A stretch of 64,000 nt of DNA from Candidatus Rifleibacteriota bacterium (GTDB lineage Bacteria; Muiribacteriota; Ozemobacteria; Ozemobacterales; Ozemobacteraceae), in the NCBI GenBank assembly GCA_017417215.1, contig JAFPZP010000107.1, positions 5,584 through 69,583 of the forward strand. Reading direction: 5' to 3'. The notes below the pieces were generated by a model, which saw only the letters and a program-made list of their open reading frames with translations, was not told where the DNA came from and made no database searches. The position numbers and the translations under genes were made by a program. Every line of letters begins with the position of its first letter. The first letter of the stretch is position 1. This document shows, in pieces, positions 57,275 through 64,000 of the stretch.

Positions 57275-58984
57275 ATGAACAGATTTGCCCTTATAAGCCT
57301 TATGGCTGTTTTTTTCCTTGCGTTTACATGTACTGATTTGCGAGCTTACGAAAGCAATGTTATTGTTGGTTTTGAAGTTCAAGGAAATCAACTTATTGAT
57401 GAAAAAATCATTCTTTTGAATGTTGCTGAAAAAATAGGAGACACCCTTTCTGCTCAAGCTGTTCAAGATGATATAGCCCGAATAGGTGAAATGGGCTATT
57501 TTTCTTATGTCGGCGCTGAAGTAAAAACAGAAGGCACTGGCAAAAAGGTTGTTTTTAATGTTGAAGAAAATGCTATTGTAGGCGATATCTCCATAAAAGG
57601 CTGCACCAAAGTTAAAAATGAAATCCTTCTTGATGCTATGGAATCAAAAATAGGAACTGTTTTTAACAGCAAACTTTTAACTCAGGATATTCAGCACGTT
57701 AATGATGCTCTTGGTAGAGAAGGTTATCTTTTTTCTAAGGTATCAGATGCTTATGTTCAGGATCAGGGCAGCAAAATCAATATAGAAATAACTGAAGGCA
57801 TTCTGGCTGATGTTAAAATTGAAGGTCTTAAAAAGACCAAAGAAAAAGTAGTTCGCCGTGAATTAACTGTTAAGCCAGGCGAAATATATGATAACAAAAA
57901 GATTGTTCGTGACCTTCAACGTTTGTATAATTTAGGTTTCTTTGAAGAAGTCCGCAGAGACCATCTGCCTGGTAAAACTCCAGACGAAATCGTTCTTGTA
58001 ATACATCTTGTAGAACAGAAAACAGGTCGTGCCGGTGTTGGTGCTGGTTATTCTTCTCTTAACGGTCTTGTTGGATTTATCAATCTTTCTCAAAACAACT
58101 TCCAGGGAAGTGGCAAGCGTGTTTATTTGAAGACTGAATTTGGTGGTGTCGAAAGCTATGAAATAGGTTATTTTGACCCATGGTTCAGAGACAGACCCCA
58201 AAGTTTCGGAATAGATGGTTATAATACTGAATATACTCGTAATCTTTATGTTGATGGTCATGAATGGAAAGAATATGAAGAAAGACGTAAAGGTGGAGCC
58301 ATTACTCTTGGTAAACGCTTAAATAGAGACGTTGATTTATCATTCAGATTCAGAGATGAAAAAGTCAAATTAACTCCCACAACTGCTGGTGATGTATTGC
58401 CAGCCGGTGCTGTTAATGGCAGACTGCAGACTTTGGCTATGATATTGGATAAAGACACCAGAGATAATCGTTTCAGACCTACACATGGTGTTCATGATAC
58501 TTTCTGGGTTGAAACCACAGGTGGTTTTCTGAAAGGTGCCAATCAATACACTAAATATATGCTTTCTTTGCGTAGATACATTCCTTTAAGCGCTAACAAA
58601 AAAACAATCTTCGCTATTCAGGGGGTATATGCCGATACTTCTATAGGTGAAGGGTTTATACCTATTTATGATATGTTCTCTGTTGGTGGTAGCAGCTCTA
58701 TTCGTGGTTACGAAGAAAGAGAATTCTTAGGCACTAAGATTGCTTATGCTAACTTTGAAATACGTTATAATCTAGCAAAGAACTTCGATGTAGTTGGTTT
58801 CTATGATACTGGTAGTGCATGGGGAACCAATTATAACAGAGAAAATATTGATCGTGACAGAAAATCTGGTTACGGTATAGGTATAAGACTTCAAACACCA
58901 TTGGGTCCTGTCGCACTTGACTACGGCAAGGCAGAAGACCGCAGTGATGGCGAAACTTACGTTAACTTCGGTTCTTCATTCTAA
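57275..58984 (+). CDS. bamA: Omp85/BamA with three POTRA domains
   Basis: Signal peptide, three POTRA repeats, IRGY, TPLGPVALDYG, terminal Phe. Confidence 0.92.
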   Translation: MNRFALISLMAVFFLAFTCTDLRAYESNVIVGFEVQGNQLIDEKIILLNVAEKIGDTLSAQAVQDDIARIGEMGYFSYVGAEVKTEGTGKKVVFNVEENAIVGDISIKGCTKVKNEILLDAMESKIGTVFNSKLLTQDIQHVNDALGREGYLFSKVSDAYVQDQGSKINIEITEGILADVKIEGLKKTKEKVVRRELTVKPGEIYDNKKIVRDLQRLYNLGFFEEVRRDHLPGKTPDEIVLVIHLVEQKTGRAGVGAGYSSLNGLVGFINLSQNNFQGSGKRVYLKTEFGGVESYEIGYFDPWFRDRPQSFGIDGYNTEYTRNLYVDGHEWKEYEERRKGGAITLGKRLNRDVDLSFRFRDEKVKLTPTTAGDVLPAGAVNGRLQTLAMILDKDTRDNRFRPTHGVHDTFWVETTGGFLKGANQYTKYMLSLRRYIPLSANKKTIFAIQGVYADTSIGEGFIPIYDMFSVGGSSSIRGYEEREFLGTKIAYANFEIRYNLAKNFDVVGFYDTGSAWGTNYNRENIDRDRKSGYGIGIRLQTPLGPVALDYGKAEDRSDGETYVNFGSSF

Positions 58985-59008
58985 TAAGGCAAATAAGGAG
59001 ATTCAAAC

Positions 59009-59572
59009 ATGAGAAAAGAATTTGCTAAATTTTTATTGATTGCAGGGCTTGTTGCCTGCCCAGTTTTAGTTTCTGCTGCAGAATTTGGTATTATTGACGC
59101 AGCTCAGATTTTCAACAAATATAATGAAACTCAGAAGACCAAGACTATGCTTGAAAATAAAAAAGCTACTCTTCAGAATGAATTAGAAAAAAGAAAAGCA
59201 GAAGTAAAAGAACTTAATGATAAATATATTCAGTTAGCTAAAGAAACTCAGAAAAAGAGAGATTCAAAAGCAAAAGATGTTGCTGCTAGTGAAAAGCAGA
59301 TGACTGAACTTCGCAGTAAACTTGCTGCTAAGGAAGGCGAATTACAGAAGTTCTTTGAAGAATCCCAGAAGAGTCTTTATGCCTTAGAAGAAAAAGAAAT
59401 GGGTGCTCTTTCTAAGAATCTTGATGCTAAGGTTGATACTGTTATTGAAAAAATAGCCAAGAATTATAAACTTAAAGCAGTCTTCGAAAGAAGAGGCGTT
59501 TATTGGCAGGATAAAACTGCTTGCAAAGATATTACTGATGAAGTAATTAAAGCTTTGAACGGCGGAAAGTAA
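59009..59572 (+). CDS. skp: Skp/OmpH periplasmic chaperone
   Basis: FGIID..IF, long coiled coil, DITDEVIKALN; located between bamA and lpxD. Confidence 0.9.
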   Translation: MRKEFAKFLLIAGLVACPVLVSAAEFGIIDAAQIFNKYNETQKTKTMLENKKATLQNELEKRKAEVKELNDKYIQLAKETQKKRDSKAKDVAASEKQMTELRSKLAAKEGELQKFFEESQKSLYALEEKEMGALSKNLDAKVDTVIEKIAKNYKLKAVFERRGVYWQDKTACKDITDEVIKALNGGK

Positions 59573-59591
59573 TAGAAAATTATTTAGAACA

Positions 59592-60638
59592 ATGAGCATA
59601 GCAAACGGAAAAAGTATTAGTTTGAAAGATTTGGCCGCTATGTGTGACGGTCGGGTTGTTGGTGATGAAAATGTGGTTGTTTCTTCGATAGCTTCATTAG
59701 ATGTCGCTAAAGAAGGAGAATTAACATTCCTTACTGGTCATAAGAATTTTGAAGCCAATGCAGCTCGTCTTAAAGATGAAAAAATAGCTGCAGTTATTAC
59801 TTCAGAAGAATTGCCGGAACTTCCCATTCCTTCAATTAGACTTAAAAATCCTCACCTGGGGCTTATTGCAGCACTAAACTTTTTCCATAAAGAAACTAAG
59901 ATTTCTTATAAGATACACCCGACAGCTTCTGTTAGTGAAACAGCATCTGTTGCTCCTAGCGCAATAATTGGACCAAATGCTGTTGTTGAAGATGGTGCTG
60001 TAATTGGAGAAGGAGCCCATATCGAGGGTTGTGCCTATGTTGGGCGTAATGCTTGTATAGGTGCAAATACTCATATTTATCCAGGTGTAAGAATTCTAGA
60101 TTATTGTGTGGTTGGTTCTAACTGTATTATTCATTCAAATACGGTAGTAGGCAGTGATGGTTACGGTTTTACTCAGCATAATGGTCAGCATATAAAGGTT
60201 CCTCAACTTGGTAATGTTGTAATAGAAGATAATGTTGAAATAGGTGCCTGTGTCACTATAGACCGTTCAACTATGGAATCGACAACTATAGGTGAAGGTA
60301 CTAAAACTGATAATCAGATTCATATTGCTCATAATGTTCAAATTGGTAAAAAGTGTTTAATTGTAGCTCAGACTGGTATTTCTGGTGGAGCTAAGCTTGG
60401 CAATTACGTTGTAATGGCAGGCAAAACAGGTTGTATAGGTCATGTTAAAATAGGTGACGGTTCTACAATTTTGGCTTGTGGTATTGTTACAAATAATGTG
60501 CCGGATAAGAGTTATGTTTCTGGCTACCCTGCTAAGCCACATCAGGAAGAGTTGCGTATCAAAGGTTCGTTGCGTAAGTTGCCTGATTTACTTAAAAGAG
60601 TAAAAGATTTAGAGAATAAACTTAATGAACAAAAATAA
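59592..60638 (+). CDS. lpxD: UDP-3-O-acylglucosamine N-acyltransferase
   Basis: GSDGYGF, VPQLGNV.IED.VEIGA..TIDR, KTDNQIHIAHNV; hexapeptide repeats. Confidence 0.97.
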   Translation: MSIANGKSISLKDLAAMCDGRVVGDENVVVSSIASLDVAKEGELTFLTGHKNFEANAARLKDEKIAAVITSEELPELPIPSIRLKNPHLGLIAALNFFHKETKISYKIHPTASVSETASVAPSAIIGPNAVVEDGAVIGEGAHIEGCAYVGRNACIGANTHIYPGVRILDYCVVGSNCIIHSNTVVGSDGYGFTQHNGQHIKVPQLGNVVIEDNVEIGACVTIDRSTMESTTIGEGTKTDNQIHIAHNVQIGKKCLIVAQTGISGGAKLGNYVVMAGKTGCIGHVKIGDGSTILACGIVTNNVPDKSYVSGYPAKPHQEELRIKGSLRKLPDLLKRVKDLENKLNEQK

Positions 60639-61263
60639 AACTCCAGTTGCTTTTGCCTTATTGTTAGGGCTTTTTGTAAGTCTTTCTCAAATGGTAAAAG
60701 CGGAAGATGCACCGACAGCTTATCGTTTTAGATACTCCGGTTCTTCTATTTTTTCTGTTCCTACTGGGATGTGTACTTCGTCAGCTGCATATATAAACGA
60801 TAACAAAGACTCCTTTTGTTTTATCTCTCAAAGTTTTGGCGAATTTATGGAAGTATCCGTATTAAGAAGACTTAGCGGATATAAAAAGAATGTAAATTCC
60901 ATTAACGGGAAATTTGCTTTATTAAGCGAAGGTAGAGTGATACCGGCCATTTCTCTTGGAGCTGCTGATATTAACACACAGCTAGGCGATAGAATATACT
61001 TTGTCGCTGCTAGTAAGACTATTGAAGATTTTGGTTTCAGTATGCATGCTGGTGTTTATAGAGACCCTGTTACACGTGATAAAAAAACATTTTTTGGTGT
61101 AGAAAAAGTAATTTTCCCGCTTCTTACAATTGCAGCAGAACGTTGTGATGATGTTGATACCTATGGTATAAAGATTTCTCCTTATCCTGGAATGAGCTTA
61201 GATATTGCTCAGAGAGATGGTAAGGAAGAAATGTTTAATCTTGTTTATTCTAGAAGATACTGA
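60625..61263 (+). CDS. Putative small outer-membrane beta-barrel (YjbH-like)
   Basis: Signal peptide; G.S.+..VPT, PAISLG..D, YFVAASK, FFGVE; amphipathic strands; terminal aromatic residue. Confidence 0.6.
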   Translation: MNKNKTPVAFALLLGLFVSLSQMVKAEDAPTAYRFRYSGSSIFSVPTGMCTSSAAYINDNKDSFCFISQSFGEFMEVSVLRRLSGYKKNVNSINGKFALLSEGRVIPAISLGAADINTQLGDRIYFVAASKTIEDFGFSMHAGVYRDPVTRDKKTFFGVEKVIFPLLTIAAERCDDVDTYGIKISPYPGMSLDIAQRDGKEEMFNLVYSRRY

Positions 61264-61268
61264 TTATT

Positions 61269-62567
61269 ATGACAAATAGCAAACAGTTTACTTTGGCTAA
61301 TTCCGTTTCTGTAGAGGGAATTGGTCTTCATACTGGTAAACCGGTAAAAATGGAATTTGTTCCAGCTCCGGAAAATACCGGCATTGTATTTATTCGAACT
61401 GATATTGATGGGGAACCATCTATTAAAGCTTCTTTCCAAAATGTTACTTCAACAGTAAGAGGCACTGTTTTAACTGAAAATGGAAACTCTGTCAGCACTG
61501 TTGAACATGTTTTGTCTGCTTTAAGAGGTTGTGGAGTAGATAACCTTTATGTGAAACTTTCTAACGAAGAACCGCCTATATGTGACGGCAGCGCTTTAAA
61601 GTTTGTTGAAATGATCGACAAGGCTGGGAAAGTTCCACAAGAAGCAGAAAGAGTAACTTATAAATTAAAAAATATGCTTCAGATTTCTGGTGAAGGCAAA
61701 AGCATGGTTTATTCACCTTCTGATGTTTTTGAAGTTACTTTTACTCTCTCTTATGACGACAATATCGTTCCACCAAAGATTATTCACTTAGAAATAAATG
61801 AAGATACTTATAAAAATCTTATAGCACCTTCAAGAACTTTTGGTTTTGAGCATGAATTTGAGTTTTTAAAGGCTAATAATCTTGCTCGCGGAGGTAGTTT
61901 GGAAAATGCTATCGTTATAAATAATGACGGCAGTATTCGCAACCCTGAAGGTCTTCGCGATGAAAACGAACTTATTAAACATAAAATCCTTGATTTAATC
62001 GGTGATTTTGCTCTTTTAGGCGGTGATATAAAAGGTAGTATTACTGCTGAAAGAACAGGTCATGGTTTTAATGCAAAATTCGCACGTTTATTTAATGAAA
62101 AATTTAACGAAGCTCTAAAGAGTAAGGAGCAAAATATGCTTTATGTTGAAGATATTAAGAAATGTCTACCTCATCGATATCCGATGTTGTTGGTTGACAG
62201 AGTAACTTCTATTGTTCCAGGTGAATATATTTCTGGTTATAAAAATGTTACTGCTAATGAAGAATTTTTTAACGGACATTTCCCCGGCAAATCTATTATG
62301 CCCGGAGTTTTGTTAATTGAAATTATGGGTCAGCTTTCTGGTATTCTTTTCCTTTCTCAGCCAGAATATAAAGGTAAAATCCCGATATTCTTAGGTATAG
62401 ATAAAGTTAGATTCAGAAAACAGGTTGTTCCCGGTGATAGATTGGATATTTCTGCAAAAGTTTTAAAACTTAGAGGTCTTACTGGTAAAATGGAAGCCAA
62501 AATAGAAATTGACGGTGAGCTTGCCACTAGCGGCGAACTCTTATTCCAGTTGGTTGACGCTAAATAA
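61269..62567 (+). CDS. lpxC-fabZ: Bifunctional LpxC/FabZ
   Basis: GIGLHTG, TVEHVLSAL, EPPICDGSA, SRTFGF, HKILDLIGD, then LPHRYPMLLVD and FFNGHFP...MPGVLLIE. Confidence 0.95.
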   Translation: MTNSKQFTLANSVSVEGIGLHTGKPVKMEFVPAPENTGIVFIRTDIDGEPSIKASFQNVTSTVRGTVLTENGNSVSTVEHVLSALRGCGVDNLYVKLSNEEPPICDGSALKFVEMIDKAGKVPQEAERVTYKLKNMLQISGEGKSMVYSPSDVFEVTFTLSYDDNIVPPKIIHLEINEDTYKNLIAPSRTFGFEHEFEFLKANNLARGGSLENAIVINNDGSIRNPEGLRDENELIKHKILDLIGDFALLGGDIKGSITAERTGHGFNAKFARLFNEKFNEALKSKEQNMLYVEDIKKCLPHRYPMLLVDRVTSIVPGEYISGYKNVTANEEFFNGHFPGKSIMPGVLLIEIMGQLSGILFLSQPEYKGKIPIFLGIDKVRFRKQVVPGDRLDISAKVLKLRGLTGKMEAKIEIDGELATSGELLFQLVDAK

Positions 62568-62579
62568 AGGAGTTGTATC

Positions 62580-63389
62580 ATGACTATCCACCCTACTGCA
62601 ATAGTTGCTGCAAGTGCTAAAATTCACCCATCAGTAGAAATTGGTCCTTATGCTTTTATCGGACCTAATGTTGAAATAGGTGAAAATACCACAGTTGGGC
62701 ATGGTGCTCATATTGATGGCTGGACTACTATCGGCAAGAATAATGTTATTCATCCTATGGCCGTGATTGGTGCTCCTCCCCAGGACCTTAAATATAAAGG
62801 TGAAAGAACTTTTGTTAAAATTGGCGATGGTAACCATTTTAGAGAATTTTCTACTGTTCATTTGGCAGAAGGTGAAGACCAGGTTACTGAAATAGGGAAT
62901 AATAACCTATTTATGGCATATGTTCATATTGCTCATAACTGCAAAGTAGGCAACGGTAATATAATGTCTAATAACGTTTCTTTTGCAGGTCATGCTCAAG
63001 TTGGTGACAGAGCCGTTCTTGGCGGTTTCTCTGCTTTCCATCAGTTTACTCACGTAGGTGATATGTGCATGGTTGGCGGTATGTCTAAGGTAACAAAAGA
63101 TGTTCCACCTTTTACCAAAATAGATGGCAACCCAGTATATGTAATAGGCTTAAATGCTGTTGGTTTGAGAAGAAACAATGTTCCTCGCGAATCTATAGCT
63201 AATTTGAAGACTCTTTATAAGGTTTTCTTTAGATCTGATATGAATGTTTCTCAGGTCTTAGAACGATGGAATGAATTGGTTGCAGCAGATGACCCATATG
63301 TTCAGAAATTCTATGATTTTATTAAGAATTCAAATCGTGGTGTCTGCAAGAAAATTAGAGGCGGAAGTATAATTTCAACCGAAGAATAA
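62580..63389 (+). CDS. lpxA: UDP-N-acetylglucosamine acyltransferase
   Basis: IHPTA, PQDLKYKGE, MAYVHIAHNC, AGH, HQF, KDVPP, GLNAVGLRR. Confidence 0.97.
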   Translation: MTIHPTAIVAASAKIHPSVEIGPYAFIGPNVEIGENTTVGHGAHIDGWTTIGKNNVIHPMAVIGAPPQDLKYKGERTFVKIGDGNHFREFSTVHLAEGEDQVTEIGNNNLFMAYVHIAHNCKVGNGNIMSNNVSFAGHAQVGDRAVLGGFSAFHQFTHVGDMCMVGGMSKVTKDVPPFTKIDGNPVYVIGLNAVGLRRNNVPRESIANLKTLYKVFFRSDMNVSQVLERWNELVAADDPYVQKFYDFIKNSNRGVCKKIRGGSIISTEE

Positions 63390-63395
63390 ATAATG

Positions 63396-63428
63396 AAAAG
63401 CTGCTTCTATTCAGAAGCAGCTTTTTTT
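63396..63428 (+). terminator. Intrinsic terminator after lpxA
   Basis: AAAAGCTGCTTCT-ATTC-AGAAGCAGCTTTTTTT. Confidence 0.88.
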
Positions 63429-63487
63429 GTTAGAGAGGCTTTCTCTTCCCTCTCTCCCTAATCCCTTCTCCCTTTTCCCTAATATAT

Positions 63488-64000
63488 ATGATTAGCTTCA
63501 AAGAGTTTTTAAAGCACTTTCTATCCATATTTTTCACTTATAGATGTCATGTTTGCAAGAATAGTTGTGATTTTGGGGTAGTTCTTTGTGGTGATTGCAA
63601 AGAAAAATTGAGAAAAGCTGTTCATAAACCTGAATTGGTACAAGATACCATAGGAAACTTCAATATTTATACAATGAGTAGCTATGATGATTTTACCTCA
63701 GATATTGTTAAAATCATTAAATACAGGCCTTCTAAAAGACTGGCTAAAATATTAGCTGAAATATGTGCAGAGAAAGCTGATTTGAAGAACTTTCTTCAGG
63801 CAGATGATGTGATTATACCTGTTCCCATGCATGAAAAGAGATTAGAAGAAAGAGGTTTCAACCAGGCTTGGGTTTTGGCTGAAATATATGCTGAAAGGGT
63901 AGGGTGTCATTTTAGTCCTGCTATAGTAAGAAGCCGATTTACAAAGCCTCAGGCTAGTTGTAGTGAGTCTGAAAGAACTACTAATCTTGATAATGCTTTC
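63488..64000 (+). CDS. comF: ComF-family protein, truncated by the window edge
   Basis: Not in the ORF track. Manual translation gives CHVC..LCGDC, IKY, IPVPMHEKRLEERGFNQA, RFTKPQ...ER..NL.NAF. Confidence 0.9.
   Translation, partial: MISFKEFLKHFLSIFFTYRCHVCKNSCDFGVVLCGDCKEKLRKAVHKPELVQDTIGNFNIYTMSSYDDFTSDIVKIIKYRPSKRLAKILAEICAEKADLKNFLQADDVIIPVPMHEKRLEERGFNQAWVLAEIYAERVGCHFSPAIVRSRFTKPQASCSESERTTNLDNAF

Noticed and set aside
983-62861. Numerous 60-170 aa antisense or overlapping ORFs in the track (e.g. 9635..10153, 29660..30058, 57164..57466)
   Set aside because: They shadow well-supported genes and have no SD or recognisable motifs.
63441-63480. Pyrimidine-rich tract upstream of comF
   Set aside because: Short low-complexity sequence without a defined repeat unit or second copy; no function can be supported.
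1-64000. CRISPR array, tRNA/rRNA, transposase, integrase or diversity-generating retroelement acting on the pilins
   Set aside because: No regularly spaced repeats, RNA gene signatures, recombinase or reverse-transcriptase ORFs, or template/variable repeat pair were seen.

Overview
AT-rich, gene-dense chromosomal window from a diderm (LPS-making) bacterium. The gene style (many divergent prepilins, 3-POTRA BamA, fused lpxC-fabZ) recalls candidate-phylum lineages such as Riflebacteria, but that is an unverified impression. Contents: (1) about 17 prepilin-like genes in five separate minor-pilin cassettes, two headed by paralogous giant (~850-880 aa) PilX/GspK-like proteins, plus one PilB/PilC/PilM-N/PilO assembly operon with no secretin, PilT or PilD in view; (2) a tightly coupled 8-gene MoxR-DUF58-vWA-GATase-like-DUF4159-coiled-coil-TPR operon; (3) an AglB/STT3-type oligosaccharyltransferase preceded by Rex/CRP-like palindromes and a small uORF and bracketed by repeated XerD-arm-like sites; (4) murJ, tilS, an orphan motAB pair co-transcribed with a CX4CH cytochrome c lipoprotein, an FAD oxidoreductase plus GT-C pair, aphA, and an atypical DnaB-family helicase with a Zn-finger and Q/P-rich N-terminal extension; (5) the outer-membrane cluster bamA-skp-lpxD-orf-lpxC/fabZ-lpxA and a partial comF. 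No rRNA, tRNA, CRISPR array or transposase was seen. All family calls come from motif recognition by eye, not database searches.
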